From: Verrucomicrobiia bacterium
GTDB lineage: Bacteria; Omnitrophota; Omnitrophia; Omnitrophales; Aquincolibacteriaceae
Length of the DNA: 64,000 nt
Reading direction: 5' to 3'
NCBI GenBank assembly: GCA_035495615.1
Contig: DATJFP010000088.1
Location: forward strand, 41,763 to 105,762
Part shown: positions 1-12,300 of the stretch, in pieces
Layout: every line of letters begins with the position of its first letter
Position numbering within the stretch: the stretch's first letter is position 1
Made by a program: the position numbers and the translations under genes
Notes under the pieces: generated by a model
What the model was told of the DNA's origin: nothing
The model's database searches: none
The model's input: only the letters and a program-made list of their open reading frames with translations

Positions 1-300
1 AGGCGCGCGCGGCCGCGGAGCGCGCGGTTGATGTCGGTCTGCAGCGCGATCTCCCCTTCCCCGAGGGCTCGCAGGAACTGATACGCGTAGGCCATGACGA
101 TGGGATTGTTCTCGTCGACGGCCGCGGGAATCACCAGCTGCCCGCTGCGCAGGAGCGTCGAGATGTGGCGGGCATAAGCGCGGTAGATCGGGCCCGAGTC
201 GAAAAACTGATAGCCGAATTCCCTGGCCAGAGCCCGGGCGGCTGTCGATTTACCGGCCTGCGCGGGACCCGCGATATTGATGCCTTCGGGCGTTTCCAGA
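1..300 (-). other. Cytidylate-kinase-like P-loop NTP-binding module, truncated by the window edge
   Basis: Direct translation: ETPEGINIAGPAQAGKSTAARALAREFGYQFFDSGPIYRAYARHISTLL. Compare Cmk: ItIDGPxGAGKxTxxkxlAxxLgxxxLDSGAiYRxxA. The frame is still open at coordinate 3. Confidence 0.6.
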
Positions 301-3300
301 ATCTGGACCCACTGGTCGAGCGCGGCGTCGCGCTTTTCCTTCGGCAGGAGCTGGAGGAACGCGTTCACTTCGGCGGGCAGGTTCTGCGGCTGGACGCGCA
401 TTTCGGCGCGGCCATAGCGTTCGGCCTTGCGGGAAAGGCGCCAGATCTCCGGCGTTACCGCGCCCGGAGCCAGGTCGCCGATCCGCACCTGGATCGCGCG
501 CGACAGGCGCTGAAGAACGCCGGAATCGGTGTGAAAAACGTATTCGGCGCGGGTGAGCAGCTGCCCGAGGCCTTCCAGCGTCACTTCGCGGAGGTTCAGG
601 GCCTCGGCCGGCATCACCGCGAAATCGCCCAGGCCGTTGTCCGCGGCCCAGCGCAGGTAATTCGCATAAACCGAGAGTTCTTCTTCGGAGGTCTTCGGCG
701 GATCGCGTTTGACGATCCTGGCCAGATCGGCGAGCAGTTCCTGGCGCCGGGCTTCGGCGCTTTGCGGGCCGTGCTGCAGGTTGCGCACCAGCGCGTCTTC
801 GCGGCGGAGCCCGAGGCCGGGCACCACGTCGCGGCGCGAACGTTCGTTCAAGCGTCTCATGCTGCGTTCGATCTCGGGATTGGCCGCGGCGCCTTCCAGG
901 ACTTCGGCGGCGGAAACGCGAGCGATCAAGTGGCCGTCGGCGGATTCCTTGGTGGACGGAAGTCCCGGCACGTTCAAAAGCCCATCGTGCAGGTCTTCGA
1001 TGGCGAACGCCGTGCGCGGCGACTGGACCACGAAAGCGCTGAAATTCACCGAAGCCATGCCCGCGGCCGCGATCGCCTCGACATGCGGCCGCAGTCCGGC
1101 GACATATTCAGGATCGCGGTATTCGATATCCCGAATCACGCCCGCGACCGAGGCGATGTTCTCCGCCAGCGGGCCGCGCGTCTTGTAAATCTCATAGATG
1201 TTGGTCAGGCTGGCCATCGAAGGAAGCGTGACCACCCTTGCGTAATCTTCCGGATTGATCTGCTCGATCAGGCGCCGCATCTGGCGGAGCAGAAGGCGCC
1301 GTTCGGTCGAGGCGCGGCGAAGGGCGATCGAGGCCGTGGACTGCGCGGCTTCGCCCTTGGCGCGTCCCTGCGCTTCCTGGGCGTCCCGGAAAGCTTCTCT
1401 CGCGCGTTCGAGGCGCGGCAGGAGCCCGCGGATCGCGATCTGCGTGGTCATCAGTTTGAGGTGCAGCGAAAGCCGGTCAAGATAGTAAGCCAGGTCGTCG
1501 TCGGAAACCGTATTCTCGAGAAGCGCCTCGGTAACGGAACCGCGCAGCCCGAGCGCGGGCCGGTTTTCCAGCTGAAGCACGAGGCCGGACTGCGTCAGCG
1601 CGTAAAGGATCGCGCGCTGGAACGGCAGGAACGCGGCTTCGGCCTGCTCCTGTCCGAGCTTGGTAGTTTTCATGGTCCATTCGCGTCCGCGCGCGTCCGT
1701 GAAATGCGGGAACAGCGCCAGCACGTCCGGCGTATCCGCGGGCGGGATGCGCGTGATGTTTTTCTGCCAGTACCGCACGAACGACGAGGCGTCGAGCATT
1801 TCCGGAACCTGGTTGCTCGAGGTGTAGCTCACCGCGGCCGCGCCCACCGCCTGCTCGAACAGCTTGACCGTGTCGCGGCCGTAAGCGGCCGAGCGCAGGA
1901 ACGCCATGCCGCGGCGCAGCTCGTCGCCGACCGCGCGCACGACGCGCTGGTAAAGTTCGGGGCCGCGGCGCACGGCGCGCATGAGCGCGATCACGTTTTC
2001 GATGTTGTAGTAGCGGCCGCCCGGCGCTTCCGCGTCTTCGGTCGTGCCCAAAAGCTCCGCGCCCGGCTTGCCGTTCAGCCAATCCGAGTACACGCGGCGG
2101 AAGTCGTCGAGATCGATCTGCTTGATTTCGTAGATGAAACGTTCGACCTGGAAGCGGTAGCGGTCGTCCGCAAGTTCGGCTTCCAGCACGCGGTCGATCG
2201 CGGCCTCGCCGGCATTGACGATGAATTCCGCGAGCGTGATCAGGGAACTCGCCAGGCGCACGTCCGAGCCCGTGATAATCACTTCGTTGTGGCGGAAGAG
2301 GAAGGTGTTGAATTGCTGGCGCTGCTTGGCGGTCATGCCTTGGTAAAGGCGGTCGAGGATCGCGGGGTCCGCCTGCGTGATCGTGATCGGCCCGGGCGCT
2401 TCCGCGGTGCGGGACAAGTCTTCCGCGCGGCGCGAGATGCTGTTGGCGATCAGAAGCTCGCGCAGGTAAGAGCCGAGAAGCTTGGGTTCGCTCGCGCGCC
2501 GGATCTGGTTGGTCCTGCCGTCATAGTCCGTCTTATGGCCCAGGTTGACTTCGCTGTACGGGAAGTGCAGGTGGTACACCATACCTTCGATCGCGGTGCG
2601 GAGAAGCGCGTTCGGATCGAACGTGGTTTGTTCGGGCTGCGCGGTTTCCGAGACTTCGTCGAACACGATCCGCTCAGGCGGCGTCAGGCCTTCCTCTTCG
2701 AACCAGCGCCTCACGTCGTCTTCGGTGAGCGGGCCGGCAACAGGAGCGGCCGGAGCGGGAGCGCCTTCGGCCGCCGGCGTCGCCGGAGCCGGAGCCGCGG
2801 GAACGGGCCCGCGCGTTTTCGACCACTGGAACTGGCTTTCGCCTTTGTACGGGGCGGTCTTGGACGCCACGAGAAATTCTTCGACTTTGGCCGCGCCGCG
2901 TGTCTTGCTGAGCATGAGGGCTTTCAGGAAGCCGGTGATGATACCGCCGGAAACGCTGTCCACGAAGCGGATGTCGGTCTTGGGATCGATGCCCGCGGCC
3001 AGGACTTCCGCATAAATGCCCTCGGCGATCCGGTTGAATTCCGGATCCGTGCGCATGCGTTCTTCGAAATACGGCAGCAGCGCGTCGTAGAAGCGGCGTT
3101 CGCGCACCGCGGCGTCCGCCGTGCCCGCCCGATTCTCGCGTTCCTCGTCCTCGCGGAAGAGGCCGCGCACTTCGCCCACCATGCGTTCCATGACCGGGTA
3201 CGCGTTGCCGAGCTTTTCACGCGACACCTGGATGAGGACGTTTTTCGACTCGTCGAATTCCGCGCCCTGCATCATCTGCTTCGTGATCCAATAGTTTGCG

Positions 3301-6300
3301 CCGTCGCGGGCGAGATAAACATTGACCTTCTTGTCGTCGATCTGATCCACGACGTAAGGCAGCAGGCGGTTGATCGCCACCAGGGCGTGGTAGAAGGTGT
3401 ACTTGCCCCTGTTCGCCGGGTCATAGGCCTCGCGGATCGCGTTCTTCAGGTAAGAGATCCTGGAATCCAGCAGGTAGCGGCGGACGTCTTCGGAAGCGCC
3501 GGTCCCCGCGATTTGAGCTTTGAGCTCCGCGGCTTTCTCATCGAGCTTTTTCAGGATTTCGTTTGCATCGTAGGCTTGAACTTCAGCGGTGGGCTTGTAA
3601 AAGGCATTGAGGCGCATTTCGGGACGCAGGACGGGGCCGGACAAATCGATCTCCTGCGCCGGAGGCCCGCGGCGCGTGAATCTCTTGGCCGCGGCCTGGT
3701 TCACGAACGCGGCATTGGCGCGGCGCAGCGTGCGGTAGTTGTCGAACTGTTCTTCCTGGCTGCTCGGCGCGTGCACGCCGTTGGCGGCCGCGAACGTGGC
3801 GCGGTCCGGCGACTGCCAGGAACGGCCGAGGTCGAGCGTCTTTCTCATACTGCCGGAAATCAGCGCGCGATAGATCAGGCTGCGGAGCGAACCGTACTGC
3901 GTGCCGTACGCCTTTTCGGTCGACGCGGGGCCGACGACGATGGTGCTCAGGAATTCCTGCATGCCCACGGCGTTGTAATCGCGGCCGCCGAGCAGCGCTC
4001 TCGCCTGCTCGTCGGACAGGCCGTAATCTCTCACGATCTGAGCGCGCGTGACGCCGGGTTTCAGCTGCAGCGCGACGGGCTGCAGGCCTTCGTTCAGGTA
4101 GTTCCACAGGAATGCGAGCGCGCGCAGGCGCGGGTCGTCGGGATATCTCGGGCCGGCTTCGCCTGCCGGGCGGTTCGTGGCATGGAGCGTTTCGGTCAGC
4201 CACTCGTAGAACGCGGGGCCGTTACGCTCGTCGATCGCTTCGATCGCGGGCTCGACCGGGATGCCGGTGCCGCGCAGCATTTCGGTGCGAAGGCGCAGTC
4301 CCGAATTGCCCCAGATCGCCATGACGTCGTTCTGGAATTCGGGGCTTGGATTTTCCCTGTCCGTGTGGCCGGTCACGCGTCCGGCAATGATGTCGAAATG
4401 CAGTTCCACCTGGTCGAGGACCTGTTTGCGCACGGGCCAGGGCAAATCGCCTTTCAGGACGAGAAGCAGCGGCAGCGTCGACGGGGCTTCGGTCTTGAGG
4501 GGCTTGGGAGCCGGAGCCGGCACGGTTCCCCGCGTCTTGTCGCCCTTGGTGCCATCGGCCCAGCGCACGCCGTTGCGGTTGTCCAGCGTCTTGACCTGTT
4601 TGAGCGAGGTGGACGCCAGGCCCCGCAGCGTCGGGAAATCCTGGTCCGTACGGAAAGCGGCGCCCACGGAAATCGTGAACTCCGGCATGTTCTGCAGCGG
4701 CTCGGCGCGCAGGTATCTTCCCTGCACCTTGAGTTCCCTGTTCCAGTCTTCCAGCTTGCGGGCGAGCGCGGCCGCGAGCGGCACGTTCTTGCCTTTGTCG
4801 AAAACGATGAGCGCGCGGCCGCGGTTGACCGCGATCGGATAACCCACGGTGGTCTTGATCAAGTCACGCGTCTTGTCGTCGAGCGAGCGGAAATCCTGCG
4901 CGCTCTCGGCAAGGCCGAAACGGCCGTGCGTGCCGAACGAAATTTCGGCGCGCAGCCTTTCGAGGAAACGGGCGGCAAGCGCCTTGTCGAGCGGCCGGTC
5001 ATTCGTGCCGGTGATCAGCAGCCAGGATTCGTCGGGGCCGCGGCGGATCTGGCGGGCCGCGAGCTTGGGACCGTCCGCGTCGCGGAAAACATCTTCTTTC
5101 AGGATGTCGTCGATCGCGCGGTTCATGACGATGCGCACCATGCCGGCGAACTTGTACGTGCGGCCTTCGAAGGCCGTGTGGTACTGCGTGAGGAAGTCGA
5201 TGTCGACGGTGGCCAGCGCGAACTGTGTGTTCTGCTCGATCAGCTGCCCGATGAGGCGTTCGCCGTCGCGCTGCCCCATGGCCGCTTCGGAAGTCGTCAT
5301 GATCGGCGTATCGTCGCTGATTTCGGTGGCGGTTCTCCAGGTCTCGCGCTGTTCCAGCTTCGTGGCATCCAGGAAATAAACCGGGGGCAATTCGGAATAA
5401 CGGCGGTTGCCGGCCGCGTCCCACAAGCCCAGCGTATCGTAGTTTTCCTGCCCGCGGACGAGAATCATTTCGGAGTTGAGGAAGGCATCGGCCACGTCGC
5501 CCGCGATACCGCGGTCCCCGTCGTGGCGCTCGGTGCCGGAAATGTTGCGGAGATCGAGGCCGTAAGTGGCCGGGCCGTGATCGGACAGCACGAAGCGGCC
5601 TTCCAGCTTGTGGCGGCGCAGGTGCGCGAGCGCCGGATGTTCGAGAGCGGTCTCGATGTCGCGGACCGTGAGGGCGCGGCCCACGGGCACGGCTTTGGCC
5701 ACGCCGAAAATCGTCAGGCCCTGGTTGTCGTCGAGCCATTTCTGCACCGCGAGGAGGTCCTGCACGCCTTTAGGATCGCGCGGGTTCACGTTTCCGAAAA
5801 CAAAAGTCGCCTTGGCGAAGCTTGAAAGCTGCGGAATCGCCGTGATCGCCGGAGCCGGCGCGTCCAGCACCGCGGTGATCGCCTGCGCCTGCGCGTTCGC
5901 GGCTTCGTCATGTCCGGCTTCTTTGAGCGCCATTTCCACGATGCGGTTGTGCAGCGTCACGTATTCCGGAGCGCTGAGCGTGGTGCGGAATTCACGGCCG
6001 CCCAGGAAAGGCGGCTTCCACTGGCGCACGCGGGCGGCAAAATCTTTCACGTAAGTGCGCGTCGCTTCGTTCTGGATGCCGCGCGCGTCCAGAGCCGCGT
6101 CGAGGAAATCGTCCATTCTCGCGTCGGCGGTGACAAAATCCGTGATCGGCGCGCCGGGACGATAGTCTCCGGGCACCTGCGTCAGAAGCATCTGGGTCCT
6201 GTTTCCGGGTTCGTAATGCGGGGCGTCCACGCTCTCGACTTTGTCCAGGTTGCCGAGGAAAAGATCCATCATGTCCAGCACGACTTCGGCCAGGGTGCGG

Positions 6301-9300
6301 TCGCGCGTGACCACTTGCTGCCCGCCGCCCGTCGCGGCCTGAGGAGCGCCGTAACCTCCGGCGGCCTGAACGCCGTATCCGCCCGCCGCAGCCGGGGCCC
6401 CGCCTTCCGCCTGGGGCGCGCCGTATCCGGGCGCGGCAGCCTGGCCGCCTGCCTGGGGCTGTGCCCCTGCGGCGGCATAACCGCCCACAGGCGCGCCTTC
6501 TATCGGCTCGGACGTGGCCGCTCCGTAACCGGGAGTGGCGGCCGCGGCTCTCGCGGCCCCCGCCCTGACTTCCCTCTCTATAATAGGAAGGAAGCCCAGC
6601 CTGGAAACTTCATCCGCCAGGTCCAGCGTCGCCTGGTAAGCGACCGCGTCGAGGGACCGGATCTCGCCCAAGTTGGCATTCGGTTCTTTTTCGCGCAGCA
6701 GCTGGATCGCGCGCACGCCGCGCTTGATCTGATCCAGGTTGATCTGGCTGTTGGCCAGGAAACGGCGCGCGCCGTACTTGTCCAAAAGCCGGTCCGCGGC
6801 TTCGAACGATTCGGCGTAAAGATAAAGGTCTTCCACCAGGTGCCGGAGGCCGGCCGCGGGCTTGGCGCCTTCGAAGAAGGTCTTGAGTTTGCGCCCGCCC
6901 CTGCCGAGGTCGCCTTCGATCTCGAAATCAAATTGCAGCATGAAGCGCAGGATTCTGAGCGCCAGGCGCGGGTTCAGGTCCGCATGGCCCGCATCCGGAT
7001 AATTGACCCGCAGGACGCCTTCGCGGAGATCTTCGCGGCCCGAGAAGCTGTCGTGGATAATGTAGTCGCTTCCTTCTTTCCACAGCGCAAGACGGTTGAT
7101 GGTCAGTTCCGGCACTTCGGTAAGGGCCCCGACGTTGGGCGGCGTTTCATGGACGCGGCCCGTCGTGGCGTCGATGACGCCCGTCACGTGGATGGGCAGC
7201 CGGCGCCCGTCCGTGTGGACCATGACCGCGCGGCCTTCGAGCACTTCCTGCGCGGTGAGGTCCTGCGAAATCGTGCCGTCGAGCGCGCGGCCCTTGAATT
7301 TCTGGGCCAGGACGCCTGCCGCGGGCATGGCCGCGTCAAACAGCAGCCGCTCGCGGAACTGGTTGATGAGGTAAGCGCGGAAGGCCAGCATCACGATCTT
7401 GTCCGCGTCTTCGCGCGTCAGCGGGCTCTTCGCCTGACGCTGGGATTCGTAGACGTCGCGGATCTGCCGGCGCAGCTTGAGATTGAAGGCCGGGTCCGAG
7501 GCCTTGGCCGCTTCATAGGCTTCTTTGTAACGCTTGTAGTCCGGATACTCTTCCAGGATTTTTTCGTACAGGCGCTGCTGGTCTTCCTTGATCTCGACGT
7601 GATTGGCGTGCTTGATCTCGCCGATGAGCTTGGCATCCTGCGGAAGTTCTTTCAGCCAGGCCAGCTCCGTCTCGCGGGCATTGAGCCGGGCGACGGCTGC
7701 GTCGTCGAGGCGGACCTGGAGCAGCACGTCGACTTCGTCGCTGCGCTTTTCCTGCCCTCCGAGCTCGTTACGCACGATGCCGCCGAACGCCACGACCGCG
7801 GGATTGTTGACCCCGTCGAGGAACGCGCGGAGCGCCCCGTTCTGCGTGAGCTGGTTCGGGGCCAGAGTCTCGCGAAGCTCCGCCCTTTGCTGCACGGCCG
7901 TCACGGCCGCGGCCAGCCGCGGGTTGTTCAATTCGGGCGCGTCACGGAGAAGCGGAACCACGTGATGGCGGACGAAAATGCCGAGTTCCCGGAGCGCGAC
8001 CGGCTTGAACCGGCGCGCGCCGCTGAGGGCATCTTCCACGACCGTAAGCGCCGCGTTTGCGAAATAAGCGTCGCCCACGGCGGCGCGGACGTCGTTGATG
8101 CTTTGCACCGGCGCGTCTGGAATAATTTCCGTGCTGAGGCTCGAGAAAGGCGTGAGGCCGCTTTCGATCCGCGACACCACATCGCGGAACGCTTCCCGAT
8201 CTTGGAGCGGCTTCAGCGCCCGCGTCAGCCTCTCGCTTCCGAGCTCCGGGCGGCTCTGGATCAGTTTTTTCAGATGTTTCACGATGAAGCTCAGCTTCGC
8301 GTCTGGAAGATTGTGGAGCCGCGGCTCTTCGAGCATGAGCTGCACCGTCTGCATAAAGGCCAGGTCGCCCATGTCCTTGCGGAAATCATCCACGAATTTC
8401 CAGGCCGCGTCATACTCAAAGTCAGGATAAAAGGAGCGGTCCCGGATGCCGTCCGCCAGCTTTTTCGCGGCCGCGGCAAGATGCGTGTCCGGCGTTTCGG
8501 CCGTGAGCTCGGCCGGCACGGGCTTGTCCGCGAGATCGGGACGCCGCGCAAGCAAGGGACGCAGGTGTTCTTCTTCGAGCCTCTGGTACAGCACGGGAGC
8601 AAAGCTCTTGACCCGGTCTTCGAGAATGGCGTCCAGCGCGCCGCGGAAATAAGCGTCGCCGGCAAGGATGGCGGCCAGCGCGGCGTGATAGGTTTCGTCG
8701 CCCAGGTCTTTTCCGACGGCCTCGATGCGTTCTCTGCGGACCTCCGGGCCCAAGTCCCCCGGCGCACCAAAGCCGGTGCCGGCCACCGCGTCGAAGATCC
8801 GCGTGATCGCGCGTTCGAGCGGCGTCTTGCCGTAGCGCGAGCCTTCTTCGTAGACGCGGCGGAAATTCGTGACGGCGTTGTCAAGCCTGTCGTTCAGCAG
8901 CATGGGCCGGCGGGTAAGCATGCGGCGAACATGGAGATTAAGCAATTCAGCCACGATGCGCGGCGGCAGATCGTAGTGGCCGGCTTCTTCCACGATCGCG
9001 ATTACGGCTTCGCGGAAGAGCACGTCTTTGGCCTCGCGGCGGACGCTCTCGATCATTTGTTCGCGCATCAAGTCACGGTCCTGGGCTGCCTGCACCGCGA
9101 TCAGGATTTTGCGCACCGTCGCATAAACCGGCGGCAGTTCGGGCGCCGCGGGCGCTTTTTCCGGAACCTTTTCGAGTTTCGACGCGGCCGGGACCTTCTT
9201 CACGAAACCCTCGTAAAACCGCTGGAACGTCTCGGGGAACTTCTCGCCTTTTCCGAAATTGCGCAGCAGGCCTCCGATGATCGGAACGCCCGCGTATTCT

Positions 9301-12300
9301 TCGCTCTTATGGAAGAGCTGGTCGAAGCCGTCGGTCATGTACGTGCCCAGGTCCGTGTCCGGGCCGATGAGGCCGCGGTCGAACTGGAAGATGGCCTTGA
9401 TCTCGGCCGGCTTGTGCTTGGGAGAGGTTTCGAACCGCACACGGACGGTCTTGGCATCCACCTGCGCGACCGTGACCTTGTAGCCGGGATAATTTTTCCA
9501 GGCGTAGACAACTGGCTCTTCGAGCTTCACTTCCACGGGAATGATCTCGTCACGGGACGGCACCACTGACGGCGCCGCGTGCGCTTCCACTTCAGGCACT
9601 TCTTCTTCGGCGGCAACGCCCACGAGATACGTGCGCAGCGTCGTTCCCAGGATTTGGCCGCGCTGGGCTTCATCCGCGACAAAAGGCGCGAGCGACCAGA
9701 CTTTCGTGCTGCTCCTGCGGATGCCGATGAGTGCGGCCGCGCGGCGGGCGGTATCGCCGGCGGCAAGGCCGCGGCGGCTCGCGATTTCCGTGACCAAGGC
9801 TTCGCGTCCGTTGAGCCCGGCCCTTTCGAGGGCTTTCAGCTTTTCGGCAAAATCCGCGGCGGTCGCCGGTTCGGTCTGTTCTTTCAGGAGCGCGGCCAGG
9901 ACCTCGTCCACTTCCTTGAGAAGCGCGTCCGCCGCTTCCGGTGTGGGAGGCACTTCCGCGAGCGCGGCGATGAGAAGATCCACATTGTCCACGTAGCGCC
10001 GGGTGCCCGGATTGAAATAGCTGCCAAAGAAATCGTCGCGGAGCACCGCGGGATCGTGCACGCGCAGTTCCGTGCGCGCGAAACTCCATTCGCGGCGCGT
10101 CTCGTCTTCCTCGTCGCCGAATTCGCGCGCGGTGTCCATGGCGTCGATGACTTCGTGCACGGCGCCGACCGCGTCGGCGTCCAGGCCCGGCGTTTCTTCG
10201 ACTTCCGGCAGCGCTTCCGGCGTGAGGCCGGTGGTCGCGGGCGCGTAACGGCGGGCGGCCCAGCGGATAGCCTTTGCAGACAGGACAAAAAGAAGCACGG
10301 TCAGCGTGCCCGCCACCATCATGGTATGGAACGCCATGAAGTACCACGGGAAGCGGACTTCGTTGGAAAAGGCAAAGCCGGGCGGCGGCAGCGCGGTCAC
10401 CATGCCGTCACCGATGGAAATCGCGGATCCCACCGGGCTCATCGCGAACGGCGGGATGCCATAGATAAGGAAGACGACGGTCAGGCCCATGGTGATAAGG
10501 CCCATGGCGATGCTGACGCCTTTGGTCCAGGATTTATTTTTCCACAGGATGCCCGAGAACCAGGATGCGAGAGGGCCCATCATGAAGGCCACGCCGATCG
10601 GGAAGAACCACAGGAACCAGTGATAGTCGAGAAGCAGCGGCAGGATCGGCCCGAGAGCGCCGACCGCGGCAATGCGGAAGGCGGTCGTGACCGACCACCA
10701 GAGCAGCCTTCCCCGCTCGCGGGAAATGTCGCGGCGGATCAGGTCCGCGCGGCCCGGCGTCAGGCGCAGGGCTTCGTCGTAGGTTTCGCGGATGCCGCGC
10801 GTCACGAAGAAATTGTCCGCCAGTCCTCTCAGGCTAATGGGGATGGTAAAAAAGTACAAGTTGATCCGGAAATCAATGAGCCTGAAAAATCCGCGTAAGA
10901 GGTCCACCGCCCACATGAGGTGCATGGCCCGCAAGACAGGCTCCGGCCCGTACCATTCCATGAGCGCGCGCATCACCACGAAAACAATGCCGACCCCGAG
11001 GCCGATGAACCATCCGAACGGCAGGACCGTGGAGAAAAACGCGGCCATGCCCACTTTGGCGACGATCCATTGCGAGACGCCCGGAATGGCGCCGATCATC
11101 AGGATGCCGAGCATGGCGTGAAGGACGAGGCGGTACCAGCCGGTCCGCGCCGCCTGCCGGACTTTCGTGTCGCGCTCGATCATCGTCTCCGCCTGTTTTT
11201 CGGGCGTGGTTTCTTTCGTGGGATCGATCTCGTGGCGGAAATAGCGCGCGCCCCAGAAGCCGGTCAGGATCGCGGAAAGAATGCCCGTCAGCAGCGCGGC
11301 GCCGAAGACCGCGAGCGCGCCGAAGCCGAGGAGGAAATGCCCGATGAGGAAGACCGAGAAGAGACCCAGGCCGAACGCGAACGAGGTGCCGAACTCTTCG
11401 AAGTAATGCGCGAGCGGCAGTTCCGGCGATTCCGTGCCCGTCGATTTCCAGACCGGCTTGGCCTGCGCGGCCAGCATTTCGAAACGCACGGCGTTGGCGT
11501 GGTCGCCGCGGATGCGGGCCAGGCGCGCCTGCTGCTTGTAATGGGACACGAGCGTATAGTTGGCATAGAACTGGCGGAAGCCTTCGGCATTCGCGTCTTC
11601 GGTGAGGAACAACTTGTTCAGATAAATCAGCGTGGACATCACGGTCTCGGCCACTTCGATGGGCACGTCCGTGAAAAGGTAATTGCGCCATTCGCGGAAC
11701 ATCACGGTCGAGACGACGAGTACTGCGAGCGCCGGCAGGAAGACGGCCGGCGTGATGGGCAGAAGCCCGATCGCGAGCGGGATTGCGACGAACGCGCGCC
11801 ACACGTGTTTCGGGATGCCGAAGGTCCTATCGCGGATGCCCAGGTAAATCAGGATGAGCGTCGCGACAACGCCCAGGATCGGCGCGGTCCACAGGAGCGC
11901 GGTGAGCGACAGCCCCATAAACGGCACGAAGGCAAGGAGAATGGGCACGGCGAGCGCCAGGTATCTCAAGAACCCGGGCAGCCGGAACGTCCTCAGGAAC
12001 GGGAGCCGCACCGTGATCGGCCGCGGGCCGTTGCGCACCGCCCAGAAGAAGATGGCGGCGCCGAAGAACAGGGCGAAAAACAGAAGCGGCAGCGTGACTG
12101 AAGCAAAGATGCCGAGCGTCAGCGTAGCCGCGCTCAGGAATTTAAATCCGACGATGAGCGCGGCGATCATGCCGCCGATCGAGAACATGATGCCGAGCCC
12201 GTTGTAGAGGCTGCCATAGCGGCGGTCGAAAATCCGGTCCGCTTCCGAACGCATCTCTTCCTGGTCCTGCAGCCGGATATGCGCCGGCGCGTCTTCGGCG

